Below are positions 1-10,310 of a stretch of DNA of 64,000 nucleotides, piece by piece. The stretch lies in sequence record SRR20825019_616; one strand, given 5' to 3'. Every line of letters begins with the position of its first letter. The first letter of the stretch is position 1. The translations under genes were made by a program, and so were the position numbers. Below the pieces are notes generated by a model that saw only the letters and a program-made list of their open reading frames with translations, ran no database searches and was not told the DNA's origin.

Positions 1-1
1 G

Positions 2-1132
2 GTTCGCCAGCAATTACGGGAACGGGGCCTGACACCCCTGGCGGTGGAGCCGGCCTCGGAGAAACAGGCGCGGAGCAACCCACTGAGCAGCCGGGGCAGC
101 CTGGCAACGGCGGACCTGGCTCTGGTGACCCGCCAGTTGGCGACGCTTATCCAGTCCGGCATCCCCATTGAACAGGCGCTTTCGGCGGCCGCCCAGCAGT
201 CTTCCAAGCCTCGTATTCGCAGCATGCTGATTGCCATACGCGCCAAGGTCATGGAGGGGTACAGCCTGGCGGACAGCCTGGGTGAATTCCCACGGGCATT
301 TCCACGGCTCTATCGCTCCACCGTGGCTGCGGGTGAACACGCCGGGCACCTGGATTTGGTGCTCAACCGGCTGGCGGACTATACCGAGGCCCGGCAGGAG
401 GCCCGTCAGAAAATCCAGTTGGCGGCCATTTACCCAATCATTCTCAGCGTTGTGGCCATTGCCATTGTGGTGTTCCTGTTGACCTATGTTGTGCCGGACA
501 TCATCGAGGTGTTTGTAAAGCAGGGGCAGGAGCTTCCGGCGCTGACGGCCGCCATGCTGGCAGTCTCTGATTTTCTGGGCAACTACGGTATCTATCTGCT
601 GATACTGATCATTATGGCACTGGTTGTTTTCCGGTGGTCATTGAAGAAACCCTCGTTCCGGCTCCGCTTCCATAAAAGCCTGCTGAACATGCCGCTGTTT
701 TCAGGCATGGTTCGCGGTGTCAACACCGCACGCTATGCCAGTACACTGAGCATTCTGACCACTAGCGGTGTACCGTTGGTGGAAGCCATGCGTATTGCCG
801 GTGAGGTGCTCTCAAATGACCACCTGCGTCAGGAGCTGCGGGATGCAGCAAGAAAGGTGAGTGAAGGCGGTTCCCTTCATCGCTCGCTGGACCAGACGGG
901 GTACTTCCCACCGATGATGCTGCACATGATCGCCAGCGGTGAAGCCAGCGGCGAGCTGGACAGCATGCTGGAGCGGACTGCGACGATGCAGGAGAACACC
1001 CTGCAATCCAAGATTGCCGCCATCGTGGGCCTGTTCGAGCCGATGATGCTGCTGCTGATGGGCGTGGTTGTGTTGATTATCGTGCTGGCAATCATGCTTC
1101 CGATCCTGAATATGAGCAACCTGGTTGGTTAG
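2..1132 (+). CDS. gspF: Type II secretion inner-membrane platform protein F (5' end cut by window edge)
   Basis: Frame is open from nt 2 (VRQQLRERGLTPLAVE...). Contains two T2SSF repeats (RQLATLIQSG..., AGEHAGHLD, ASGEASGELD..., FEP). First gene of the gsp run. Confidence 0.95.
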   Translation, partial: VRQQLRERGLTPLAVEPASEKQARSNPLSSRGSLATADLALVTRQLATLIQSGIPIEQALSAAAQQSSKPRIRSMLIAIRAKVMEGYSLADSLGEFPRAFPRLYRSTVAAGEHAGHLDLVLNRLADYTEARQEARQKIQLAAIYPIILSVVAIAIVVFLLTYVVPDIIEVFVKQGQELPALTAAMLAVSDFLGNYGIYLLILIIMALVVFRWSLKKPSFRLRFHKSLLNMPLFSGMVRGVNTARYASTLSILTTSGVPLVEAMRIAGEVLSNDHLRQELRDAARKVSEGGSLHRSLDQTGYFPPMMLHMIASGEASGELDSMLERTATMQENTLQSKIAAIVGLFEPMMLLLMGVVVLIIVLAIMLPILNMSNLVG

Positions 1133-1181
1133 GCCAGGACCGGCAGGCCAACCCCATTTCCAAACCCAGAGATAGGGACAG

Positions 1182-1634
1182 ATGAAGAGCGAAACAATGA
1201 AACATCAAATGGCACAACGGGGTTTTACCCTGATCGAAATCATGGTGGTCATGGTTATTCTGGGCTTGCTGGTAGCCATTGTGGCTCCCAACATCATGGG
1301 GCGAAGTGACCAGGCCCGCGTGACCGTCGCCGAAACCCAGATGAGCAACATCGCTAACGCGTTGGACCTCTACCGCCTTGATAACAGCCATTACCCGTCA
1401 ACCCAGCAGGGCCTTGAGGCACTGGTGTCCAAGCCCAGTGGCAGCCCCGAGCCTCGGAACTGGAATCCGGAAGGGTACCTGAACAGCGTTCCCGAAGATC
1501 CCTGGGGTGCGCCATACCAGTATGTAAACCCAGGCACGGAAGGCCCTTATGATCTCTACTCGTACGGTGCCGATGGCCGAGAGGGCGGTGACGGTGATAA
1601 CGCCGATATCAGCGTATGGAAGGTCAGGGACTGA
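1182..1634 (+). CDS. gspG: Type II secretion major pseudopilin G
   Basis: Prepilin motif RGFTLIEIMVV, followed by ALDLYRLDN..YP, DPWG.PY and SYGADG. Start may be 1197. Confidence 0.96.
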   Translation: MKSETMKHQMAQRGFTLIEIMVVMVILGLLVAIVAPNIMGRSDQARVTVAETQMSNIANALDLYRLDNSHYPSTQQGLEALVSKPSGSPEPRNWNPEGYLNSVPEDPWGAPYQYVNPGTEGPYDLYSYGADGREGGDGDNADISVWKVRD

Positions 1635-1636
1635 TA

Positions 1637-2170
1637 GTGCTCTCTAGGACGCGACAGTCGGGCTTCACACTGATCGAAATACTCGTTGTCCTGGTGGTGG
1701 TTGGGCTGCTCGCGGCGCTTGCGGTTATGTCGATGGGTGGTAGCTCGCGTGATCGCGAGATGGAAAATGAAGTACGCGAGCTCTACCTGCTGATGCAGAC
1801 CGCCTCGGAGCAGGCGATACTGAACAATACTGAGCTGGGCCTAATCCTCGAGGAAGACAGCTATCGTTTCGTCGCCTGGGAAGAGTTGAGTGGCGAATGG
1901 AAACAGCCAGCCGAGCGGATGTTCCGGACACGGAGTTTTCCGGAATGGATCACGGTGACTGAATACATCGAAAGCGATACCCCACGCCTGGCGTCTGACG
2001 AAGATGAACTGAGGCCGGATGTGGTGTTTTTCTCCAGCGGTGAAACCACGCCCTTTGAGATTGAGTTCCTTGTTGGCCGCGACGATTCCCGGATGCATAC
2101 CATTGCGTCTGATGGCGTTTCTCCCTTGGAATGGCGCCATCCCGGAAGCGAGGAGGTCGAGGAAGAATGA
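1637..2170 (+). CDS. gspH: Type II secretion minor pseudopilin H
   Basis: SGFTLIEIL N-methylation motif and FFSSGETTPF. GTG at 1637 just after the gspG stop preferred over 1616. Confidence 0.9.
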   Translation: MLSRTRQSGFTLIEILVVLVVVGLLAALAVMSMGGSSRDREMENEVRELYLLMQTASEQAILNNTELGLILEEDSYRFVAWEELSGEWKQPAERMFRTRSFPEWITVTEYIESDTPRLASDEDELRPDVVFFSSGETTPFEIEFLVGRDDSRMHTIASDGVSPLEWRHPGSEEVEEE

Positions 2171-2541
2171 AGGGCCAGCGCGGTTTCACACTGATTGAGG
2201 TCCTGGTGGCTCTGCTGGTTTTCGGCCTGATTGCCACCGCAGCCGCTGAGGTGGGTAGTCAGTATATTTCCAGCTATGAGCGGATTCGGGACAAAACACT
2301 GGCTGGCTGGGTGGCGGACAATCGCATCAACGAAATCCGGCTTCAGGAAAACCTGCCCTCTATTTCAGAGAACTCGGAAGACATCGAATACGGCTCCTAT
2401 CAATGGCAGGTAACCACTGCTGTCCTTGCCACCGAAGACCCGTCCATTCTCCGTGTTGAGGTCACCGTGGCTCAGTATCGCGGCAACAGACCTGAGCCCG
2501 CCCCGATCCACACGCTGTCTGCGTTTATTGGTGAGAACTGA
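2167..2541 (+). CDS. gspI: Type II secretion minor pseudopilin I
   Basis: RGFTLIEVLVAL and LAGWVADN. ATGA overlap with the gspH stop. Confidence 0.92.
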   Translation: MKGQRGFTLIEVLVALLVFGLIATAAAEVGSQYISSYERIRDKTLAGWVADNRINEIRLQENLPSISENSEDIEYGSYQWQVTTAVLATEDPSILRVEVTVAQYRGNRPEPAPIHTLSAFIGEN

Positions 2542-3341
2542 TGTCGGCCCCCATGATCATTGCTCAACACAGGTCGCGCCCCTCCGCCCAAGCTGGCTTT
2601 ACCCTGATGGAAGTGCTGATCGCGGTTACCATCACCGCTGTTATCGGCCTAGGGGTATGGCAGGTGTTGGGCAATGTGGTCTCGTCCAGGGACCGGGTCA
2701 ACGAAGTCGCGGAACAGTTTGATAATATTCAACGCACCATGCTCTTGCTGGAGCGGGACATTACCCAGGTGGTGAACCGGTCCGCCCGTGACATTTACGG
2801 CGATTTCCGTCCTGCTCTGACCAGCCGTGAAGAAGAGTTTTCATTGATTCTCACCCGCCAGGGCTGGCGCAACCCACTGGGCACTCGCCGCAGCAGTCTG
2901 CAGCGGGTGGGCTGGGAATACACCGGGGATGAATTGCGCCGGCGGTACTGGGTAACCGTCGACAGGGGGCAGGAAGACAACAGCCAGGACCTTCTTCTCC
3001 TCTCGAACGTCACTGAGTTCACGGTTCGTTTTCTCGATGATCAGCGAAACTGGCGGGATGAATGGCCTGATGAAGAGAGTATGGCCAATATGACACCAGG
3101 TACGCGCCCCGACATTCCCTTACCGCTGGGTATCGAGGTCACCATTGAGCATGAACGTTTTGGAGAGCTGGTAAGAACCTTCACGCTTCCTGATTTTGAC
3201 AACGACGTTGCCCAGGGTGTGGTGAATAGCGTCAACGATGCCGCAGACGATCAGGACGATGATCAACAACAGGATCAGGATCAGAATCCAAACCCAAACC
3301 CTGGCCAGGACTCATCGGGGACAGGAGTGACGGGTGGCTAA
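2541..3341 (+). CDS. gspJ: Type II secretion minor pseudopilin J with acidic low-complexity C-terminal tail
   Basis: AGFTLMEVL, LERDITQ, GWRNPLG..RSSLQRV and LPLGIEVT. Position in the operon fits. Confidence 0.92.
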   Translation: MSAPMIIAQHRSRPSAQAGFTLMEVLIAVTITAVIGLGVWQVLGNVVSSRDRVNEVAEQFDNIQRTMLLLERDITQVVNRSARDIYGDFRPALTSREEEFSLILTRQGWRNPLGTRRSSLQRVGWEYTGDELRRRYWVTVDRGQEDNSQDLLLLSNVTEFTVRFLDDQRNWRDEWPDEESMANMTPGTRPDIPLPLGIEVTIEHERFGELVRTFTLPDFDNDVAQGVVNSVNDAADDQDDDQQQDQDQNPNPNPGQDSSGTGVTGG

Positions 3342-4347
3342 ACATCCATGCATTGGTAGGCACGGTGGTCGCCAGAGTGGCGTTGCACTGATCATGGTGC
3401 TCCTCGCCATGGCGCTGGTGGTCATGCTGGCAACAGGCATGACCCAGCAGCAGAGCGTGCGGGTATTCCGAGCCAGCCACTACCTTGCCCAGCAGCAGGG
3501 GCACAGCGTAGCCCTGGGTGCGGAAGCCTTTGCCCGCCAGATTCTGGTGCGCGACTTTGAGGACGACAAGGAGAACAACCTCATGGTCGACAGCCTGGAC
3601 GAGTTCTGGGCAAAGAATGCCGCCATCCTCCCGCTGGACGACAATGGCGTGGCCGAGGTCCAAATTGATGATCTCGGTGGCAGGATCAACCTCAACGACC
3701 TGGTAAGCGCCAACGGGCAGGTCGACCCCATTGTTCGTGATCGAATCGCCCGTTTGCTCCAGGTGCTCGAAATCACCACGGTCAATGTCGATGCGCTGGT
3801 GGATTGGATCGACCCGAACGACCAGACCGTCAGCGCGTATGGGGCCGAGGACGGTCAGTACCTTTCTGCGGATCCGGCCTACCGGGCCGGCAATCAACCC
3901 TTTGTTGATGTTTCCGAGCTTCGCATGATTGATGGTATGACCGAGGAAGCTTATCGGGCACTGAGACCACACGTAACGGCGTTACCGGTGACGGGGTTGG
4001 GCATCAACGTCAACACCGCTACGGCACCAGTGCTCAGGTCTCTCCATGAGGAACTGACACAGGCTCAGGCAGACGCTATTCTGGAAAGACGTACGGAAGA
4101 GCGCTTCGAGAATGTACAGGACTTCCTGGCAATAGATGAATTTGCGGGGAGGGGGATGAAACCCACGGGCCTCGGTCTGCAAACCCGTTTTTTTGAAGTA
4201 GTATCGCGGATTACCTACGATAACCGGGTTGCCAACCTGGTCAGCACGGTTTATCGAAGCCCGGAAGGCGAGATGCAAACCGTGTCTCGTGACACCGGGC
4301 AAAAGAATCGTATTACCAAGGAACCGTTCACGATCTCCGGGGAATAG
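3334..4347 (+). CDS. gspK: Type II secretion minor pseudopilin K
   Basis: SGVALIMVL, GRINLNDL, LVDWID and ININTA-like motifs. Confidence 0.93.
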   Translation: MAKHPCIGRHGGRQSGVALIMVLLAMALVVMLATGMTQQQSVRVFRASHYLAQQQGHSVALGAEAFARQILVRDFEDDKENNLMVDSLDEFWAKNAAILPLDDNGVAEVQIDDLGGRINLNDLVSANGQVDPIVRDRIARLLQVLEITTVNVDALVDWIDPNDQTVSAYGAEDGQYLSADPAYRAGNQPFVDVSELRMIDGMTEEAYRALRPHVTALPVTGLGINVNTATAPVLRSLHEELTQAQADAILERRTEERFENVQDFLAIDEFAGRGMKPTGLGLQTRFFEVVSRITYDNRVANLVSTVYRSPEGEMQTVSRDTGQKNRITKEPFTISGE

Positions 4348-4424
4348 GGAAGTCCGGAGCCGGAAAACCGTTACAAAAAGAACCGATAACCCCCAGAGGG
4401 TTTCGAAAAAGGAAACTGTTCAGA

Positions 4425-5729
4425 ATGTCATATCGCCTCTACGTCAGGCCACGGCCACCGTTCGCGGACCTCGACGCCAACCCGGAAGCCCAGTTGTACA
4501 ATTGGGTGCTGGTGGATGCCAGTGGAGATGCCCAGGCCCGGGGAACCGCGGATTCACGAGACACCATCGAGCAGACTCTGACCCAGAACGATCTTGAGAA
4601 TGTGCTGTTGGTGGGTCTCATTCCCGGCGACGAGGCGCTCTTCTGCGTAGCGGACATTCCCGCCAAACAAACGCGATTTGTTCATCAGGCGCTCCCTTAC
4701 GCGGTTGAGGAGCAGGTTGCCCAGGACATCGAAAGTGTTCATCTGGCCCTGGGTAACCGCACGGAGAAAGGTTTTCGGGTGGCGGCCATAGACCACGGGC
4801 AAATGGCCGAATGGGTGGTGATGTTCAGTGGTTGGAATCATCTTAAGCTGGATGCGATCTACCCGGATTCAAGCTTGCTGCCGTTGACTGAAGGCGGCTG
4901 GTCGGTGTGCTTGGATGGCGATTCCGCCATGCTTTCCAGTGATCAGGGGGAGTGGCTCAGTGTTCATGCGCGAAATCTCGCGATGTTTGCGCAGACGCTG
5001 GCGCTTCCACCGTCTGATGAGGTGGTCGCCGAGGTGCCGGTGACCGTTTACGGCACTGAGCAGGAATTTGAGCACCAGCAGGCGGACCTGAGCGAGCTGA
5101 AATCGTCAGGGCGCCTGGTAGTTCGCGAGGAAACGCTGGAACTGATGCCACTGGAACTGCTGGCACACTCCCACCATCATCACCTTTGCCAACCGATCAA
5201 CCTGTGCCAGGGGGCCTACAGCATCCGCACGGGCAAATCGAGTGCGCTGGGCGCATGGAAACCGCTGGTTGCCGTGGCCTGCGTATGGTTTGTGATCCAG
5301 ATTGGCGTGGAAGTCGGCATGGGATTCTACTACCAGCAGCAAGCCGATGATATCCAGGAGCAGGCGATGGCAGTTTATCGTGAGGCTTTCCCGGGAGACG
5401 CCAGGACCCATTCCGGTAACGTGCGCCGGGTTGTTGAGGGACAGTTGCGTCAACTTCAGGCGGAAGGGCCAAACGCCGGTTTTCTCACGTTGATGAAGTA
5501 CACGGGTGAACAGTACTCGAAGATTCCCGATTCACGCGCTGTCACCTTCAATTCGGTGAACTACAGCCAGAATCGCGGGGAACTTGTGGTCGATGTGCGT
5601 GCAGACAGCTATGACAAGCTCAGCACCCTGAGAAATGGCCTGACCAGTCGCGGATTGGAAGCGAAGATCGGCTCGGTGGTTAATGAATCCAATGGCGCCC
5701 GCGGGCGTCTGACGGTTTCCGGAGGATAA
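4425..5729 (+). CDS. gspL: Type II secretion protein L
   Basis: ALPYAVEEQVAQDIESVH, INL.QG.Y and a single TM segment. Lies between gspK and gspM. Confidence 0.9.
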   Translation: MSYRLYVRPRPPFADLDANPEAQLYNWVLVDASGDAQARGTADSRDTIEQTLTQNDLENVLLVGLIPGDEALFCVADIPAKQTRFVHQALPYAVEEQVAQDIESVHLALGNRTEKGFRVAAIDHGQMAEWVVMFSGWNHLKLDAIYPDSSLLPLTEGGWSVCLDGDSAMLSSDQGEWLSVHARNLAMFAQTLALPPSDEVVAEVPVTVYGTEQEFEHQQADLSELKSSGRLVVREETLELMPLELLAHSHHHHLCQPINLCQGAYSIRTGKSSALGAWKPLVAVACVWFVIQIGVEVGMGFYYQQQADDIQEQAMAVYREAFPGDARTHSGNVRRVVEGQLRQLQAEGPNAGFLTLMKYTGEQYSKIPDSRAVTFNSVNYSQNRGELVVDVRADSYDKLSTLRNGLTSRGLEAKIGSVVNESNGARGRLTVSGG

Positions 5730-5733
5730 TGGC

Positions 5734-6264
5734 ATGTTAAACAGGATCAAGGAGCAGCCAGCCGTCGGAAAGCTCATCGCCCAGTATGACCAGTTGCCTC
5801 GCAGGGACCAGCAGGCTCTGTCTGTTCTTGCGGTGGCCGTTCTCCTCGGCATTCTCTACTTCGGAGTCTGGCGCCCTGCCACGGGTTTTCACAACGAAGC
5901 TGTCGAGTCTAGGGAGCGTGCCACTGAACTCTTGGCGTGGCTTGAGGCTAATCGTCAGTCATTGGAGCGTCTGTCCAGTGCCAACTCGTCTTCGGGGGGC
6001 GCAGGTTCTGATACGCCGGTAGACGGTAGAGCACTTATGGCGCTGGTGACGCGCAGTGCCAGCGAATCAGGCCTTTCGCTTCAGCGCTTCGAGCCCAGTG
6101 GTGAGAACGCCATTCGCGTCTGGCTCGAGGGTGCACCGTTCACCGAGGTGGCCAACTGGTTGGAACGTCTGAACACTAGCCACGGTGTTCAGATAGATCA
6201 AGCGTCCATGGACCGACAGAACGATCCAGGGATCGTATCCGTACGTCTGACGTTAACGATTTGA
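5734..6264 (+). CDS. gspM: Type II secretion protein M
   Basis: N-terminal TM after LPRRDQ, with QRFEP..., W...PF...WLE.L and a ferredoxin-like C-terminus. Confidence 0.9.
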   Translation: MLNRIKEQPAVGKLIAQYDQLPRRDQQALSVLAVAVLLGILYFGVWRPATGFHNEAVESRERATELLAWLEANRQSLERLSSANSSSGGAGSDTPVDGRALMALVTRSASESGLSLQRFEPSGENAIRVWLEGAPFTEVANWLERLNTSHGVQIDQASMDRQNDPGIVSVRLTLTI

Positions 6265-6283
6265 GGCAGATACTGGAGAACAT

Positions 6284-6952
6284 GTGATGAGTGACGGCAC
6301 ACAGAACAAGAATAGCCAGGAGCCAGTCATTGTTCGACTCGATGGAAGTGCCCGAAATGAGGCGATTTCCATATTAGTCCATGCGTATCGGGATGAACCG
6401 ACGTTCCAGTACCTGTTTGATCATCGTCGGCCTGGCTATCAGCAGCGCGTGCGGGCCACGGTGCGGGAACTGATTGATCTCTATTTTGGTCTGAATCAGG
6501 ATGCGGTGGGTGTGCTGGTGAACGATACACTTGTTGCCGTTGCCTTCATTGGCGAGCCGGAGCTCCGGCTGAACCTCGCGGAGCAGCTTAGCTGGCGCAT
6601 TCGCATGGTTCTGACAGCCGGGTTTGCCTCTACCCGTCGTTACCTGGATTACCATGAGAAAATTCGGGAAATGCTACCCCAGCCTCTGGCTCACCAGTTG
6701 CCATTGATGGGAGTGAATCCGAACTATCAGAACAAGGGGTATGGGCGACTGCTGTTATCCACGGTTGAGAAGCTCTGTGCGGAAAATCCTCGGGGAAGCG
6801 GGCTTGTCCTGGATACAGGCAACAGCCGCTACCTTCCGTTCTACGAGTCCGAAGGGTTCCGGAGCCTTGGCACCATTCGCCTGGGAAGCTTTGAGGATCA
6901 CATACTATTCCGTGAGGTCCGCCCCGACGAACAGGCGGCGGTCTCCGGTTGA
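6284..6952 (+). CDS. GNAT family N-acetyltransferase
   Basis: Acetyl-CoA motif GVNPNYQNKGYGRLLL and FYESEGF. Confidence 0.85.
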   Translation: MMSDGTQNKNSQEPVIVRLDGSARNEAISILVHAYRDEPTFQYLFDHRRPGYQQRVRATVRELIDLYFGLNQDAVGVLVNDTLVAVAFIGEPELRLNLAEQLSWRIRMVLTAGFASTRRYLDYHEKIREMLPQPLAHQLPLMGVNPNYQNKGYGRLLLSTVEKLCAENPRGSGLVLDTGNSRYLPFYESEGFRSLGTIRLGSFEDHILFREVRPDEQAAVSG

Positions 6953-6985
6953 ACGAACAGATTGTCGAAAAAGACAGGAGACGCT

Positions 6986-8347
6986 GTGTCTGACAGACAG
7001 GATTTTGATCTTATTGTTGTGGGTGCCGGTTCCGGTGGTGTCAGGCTGGCACGCATGTCCGCGGCCAAGGGCGCTCGTGTGGCTGTGGTGGAATCGCGCT
7101 ATCTTGGTGGAACCTGTGTGAATGTTGGCTGCGTCCCCAAGAAACTGTTTGTCTATGGTTCTCACGCGGGTGAAGACATCGAGGACGCTGCGGGCTATGG
7201 CTGGAACGTGCCAGGAGATCAGGTCAGTTTTGACTGGACCAGGCTGGTTGCCAACAAAAACGCCGAAATCGAACGTCTTAACGGTATCTATGGGCGCATG
7301 CTTGCCAATGCCGGCGTTACGGTTATCGAAGGCACCGCGACACTGACCGATGCTCACACGGTGGTAGTGGGAGAGCGGTCCTATACCGCGAAGCATATCA
7401 CTATTGCCACCGGCAGTTGGCCCGTGGTCCCGGATGTGCCAGGCAAGGAATGTGTTCTTACCTCGAACGAGATGTTCTATCTGCCGCAACTGCCGAGGCA
7501 GGCAGTGGTCTGGGGCGGTGGCTACATAGCGGTGGAGTTTGCCGGTATTCTTGCCGGGCTTGGCGTCGAGACAACACTTCTCTATCGCGGTGATCTGTTC
7601 CTTCGGGGCTTCGATGACGACGTTCGTGAGTTTACCGCTCAGGAAATGCGGAAAAAGGGCGTGGACCTGCGCTTTGGCGTCAATATCGAATCCATCGAGA
7701 GCGAGGACACTCACTACAACGTCAACCTGACCGATGGCTCCCGGCTGAATACCGGTCTTGTGATGGCGGCGACCGGGCGCCGTGCGTTGGTGGACGGCCT
7801 GGGACTTGAGGCGCTTGGGGTTCAGCTCAGTGCCTCGGGCCATGTGGTTGTGGACGATCACTTTCAGTCCGCCGTACCCTCGATTACAGCTCTTGGCGAT
7901 GTTATCGGCACCCCGCAACTGACGCCGGTGGCGCTTGCCCAAGGCATGGTACTGTCCCGCCGACTGTTCGGAGACGGCCAGGGCGAGATGGACTATACCT
8001 GCATTCCTACGGCGGTCTTCTGCCAGCCCAATATCGGAACGGTCGGCCTGACGGAAGCAGAGGCGAGGGAAGCCGGGCATAAGCTCCGTATCTACCGGTC
8101 GGAGTTTAAACCGATGAAACATACCTTGAGTGGGCGGGATGAGCGGTCACTGATGAAACTGGTGGTGGACGCTGACACTGACCGGGTGCTGGGTGCTCAC
8201 ATGGTTGGGCCCGATGCCGGAGAAATAACCCAGGGGATAGCGGTTGCCCTGAAAGCTGGTGCGACCAAAGCGCAGTTCGACAGCACGATTGGTATTCATC
8301 CGACCTCCGCTGAAGAGTTCGTCACCATGCGCGAGCCCGTCGCGTAA
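6986..8347 (+). CDS. gor: Glutathione-disulfide reductase
   Basis: GAGSGG, redox motif [18 protein letters not shown] and C-terminal [11 protein letters not shown] start follows a CAGGAG RBS. Confidence 0.95.
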   Translation: MSDRQDFDLIVVGAGSGGVRLARMSAAKGARVAVVESRYLGGTCVNVGCVPKKLFVYGSHAGEDIEDAAGYGWNVPGDQVSFDWTRLVANKNAEIERLNGIYGRMLANAGVTVIEGTATLTDAHTVVVGERSYTAKHITIATGSWPVVPDVPGKECVLTSNEMFYLPQLPRQAVVWGGGYIAVEFAGILAGLGVETTLLYRGDLFLRGFDDDVREFTAQEMRKKGVDLRFGVNIESIESEDTHYNVNLTDGSRLNTGLVMAATGRRALVDGLGLEALGVQLSASGHVVVDDHFQSAVPSITALGDVIGTPQLTPVALAQGMVLSRRLFGDGQGEMDYTCIPTAVFCQPNIGTVGLTEAEAREAGHKLRIYRSEFKPMKHTLSGRDERSLMKLVVDADTDRVLGAHMVGPDAGEITQGIAVALKAGATKAQFDSTIGIHPTSAEEFVTMREPVA

Positions 8348-8366
8348 TCTTGCTTTAAGCCGCTGG

Positions 8367-10310
8367 TTACACCCGTATCCAGCGGCTGAGTACCGTTCTC
8401 AGGTTTTCTTTTCTCACCGGCTTGGCGAGGTAATCGTTCATGCCTGCCTCTCGACAGCTGGTCTCGGTTCCCGGAAGGGCGTCCGCTGTCAGTGCGATAA
8501 TGGGAGTTCCGCCCTGGCCGTTGCTCTTTTCCCATTCCCGGATGCAGCGGGTGGTTTCATAGCCGTCCATCACCGGCATCTGGCAATCCATCAGGATAAC
8601 GTCGTAGCCAGAGTGATTGGTTCGAACCAGTTCCAGTGCCTCCTCACCATTGGCTGCAGCGTCTGTCTCAAAGCCCAGCCGCCGGAGCAGGGCAGTGGCG
8701 ACCCTTTGGTTCACCATGTTGTCCTCCACCACAAGAGCACGGGCTTGCTCGCCTCCGGTTTTGATGGGGCCCTGATCTGCGGCCTCAACATGATCGACCC
8801 GGTTTGCCAATTCAAAGGGCAGCTCGAAGCGGAACTGCGACCCTTTCCCAATGTCGGTCTCGACTTTGACGTGACCGCCCATCAGCTCAACCAGTCTCTG
8901 GACCAGCGAAAGCCCCATGCCGGTTCCACCATAACTGCGTGAATCACCCGTATCGAGTTGCTCAAATGAGTTAAAGATGTCGTGAATCCGTTCGACAGGA
9001 ATGCCACAGCCGGAATCGCTGACGGTGCAGTTGAGCACCAGGCAGTTATCCTCAACAGAGAAAAAGTTAGCCTGTACTTTGATGAAGCCGTCGCCAGTGA
9101 ATTTGATGGCATTATCGATAAGACCCGCCAGGATCTGGCGCAGGCGTGGTGAGTCTCCCAGCACAAGCAGGCGATCCGGCCAGTCTCCGATAAACTTGGT
9201 GGACAGCGCCAAACCTTGCTGCTCGGCGACATGACGGTAGCTGGCGGTGCAGTTGGTGATGAGTTCTTTCAGGTCAAACTCGCGGTTATCCAGTTCCAGC
9301 GTACCCCGGTCAATATGGGAATAGTCCAGGATGTCATTGATGACCGTCAGCAAGTCCTCAGTGGACTGCCGCGCCGTCTGGAGATAGTCCTTTTGCCGAG
9401 CACTCAGGGCCTCATCGGTCACGAGTTCGATCATTCCCAGAACACCATTGAGCGGTGTGCGTAACTCATGGCTCATGGTGGCAAGAAATTCGGATTTGGC
9501 TCGATTCGCCATCTCCGCGCGTTCCCGGGCTTTTTCAGAAGAAGCCAGGGTTTCGTCCCGGGATGCCTTAAGGTTCCTCAGATGCCTGGAGAGAGCATTG
9601 AGGCTTTCCTCCAGTTCCCGGGTTTCGCGGGTGGCGCCGGCAAGGCCGACCTCAACTTCCTCGTATTCCCGATTGGTCAGTTTTGCAACTCGGCGGGACA
9701 GGCCATGGATCGGTGAGACGATACTGTTCAGCGAGTGTTTGACGATTAGTAGCGTAAACAGCAGCAGTGAAAATCCAACCGCCAGTGATGTCCAGAGTAT
9801 ATCCTGCCGGCGTGCTGCGAGTTGGGCTTTGTTGACGCCCACCTGAACAGTACCGACGCGAAGCGCTCCTGACCCGAATCCGTAGTTGGGCTCAAACCAT
9901 TCGGTCTGGCGATCCTCCCCCAGATCGAGCGGTTGCTGCAGTATCTCAGATTCGAAGACGTCGAAGGTCTCCTCGGCACTGATATTGCCCGGGTCGTCCG
10001 TGGACACAAAGCCAACCTCTTCGCCCACCACGTTGGAGACGCGTATCCATTGGGCGCGGCTGCGCCGTAGCGATTGCGACAGTATCTGTTCCAGGGACGC
10101 CGTGTTCCCCGAAACGACGGCGTATTCAACCGCCGGCGCCAGGCTGTCAGCCAGCATCTGACTGCTGTCAGCCAGATCCTTGCGGGCGTCATCAAGCCGA
10201 GCAGACGTAAAGAACACCATCAATACGATAAACATGACGATCGCTGGTGCGGCACCCAGTAGCAGAAGCTTCCGCGTGAGGGAGACTGGCCTGCCCATAC
10301 GCTTACTCAT
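8367..10310 (-). CDS. Hybrid sensor histidine kinase / response regulator (2 TM, HAMP, HisKA, HATPase, REC)
   Basis: SHELRTPLNG, NAIKFT, DSGCGI, GGTGMGL, plus receiver motifs VEDN..., MDCQMPVMDG and AKP. Confidence 0.95.
   Translation of the reverse strand: MSKRMGRPVSLTRKLLLLGAAPAIVMFIVLMVFFTSARLDDARKDLADSSQMLADSLAPAVEYAVVSGNTASLEQILSQSLRRSRAQWIRVSNVVGEEVGFVSTDDPGNISAEETFDVFESEILQQPLDLGEDRQTEWFEPNYGFGSGALRVGTVQVGVNKAQLAARRQDILWTSLAVGFSLLLFTLLIVKHSLNSIVSPIHGLSRRVAKLTNREYEEVEVGLAGATRETRELEESLNALSRHLRNLKASRDETLASSEKARERAEMANRAKSEFLATMSHELRTPLNGVLGMIELVTDEALSARQKDYLQTARQSTEDLLTVINDILDYSHIDRGTLELDNREFDLKELITNCTASYRHVAEQQGLALSTKFIGDWPDRLLVLGDSPRLRQILAGLIDNAIKFTGDGFIKVQANFFSVEDNCLVLNCTVSDSGCGIPVERIHDIFNSFEQLDTGDSRSYGGTGMGLSLVQRLVELMGGHVKVETDIGKGSQFRFELPFELANRVDHVEAADQGPIKTGGEQARALVVEDNMVNQRVATALLRRLGFETDAAANGEEALELVRTNHSGYDVILMDCQMPVMDGYETTRCIREWEKSNGQGGTPIIALTADALPGTETSCREAGMNDYLAKPVRKENLRTVLSRWIRV

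Noticed and set aside
3232-3972. 246-aa ORF antisense to gspJ/gspK
   Set aside because: Overlaps well-supported genes on the other strand and has no family signal.
4363-4389. Possible sigma28 promoter (ACCGATAA) before gspL
   Set aside because: The -35 match is poor (GAAAA) and the site is internal to an operon.
5164-5185. His run (HSHHHH) in GspL as a metal site
   Set aside because: Short, with no supporting evidence from the sequence alone.
6905-8122. 405-aa ORF antisense to gor
   Set aside because: Shadow ORF of a GC-rich gene with no recognisable motifs.
8259-8942. 227-aa plus-strand ORF over the kinase receiver domain
   Set aside because: Antisense translation of a receiver domain.
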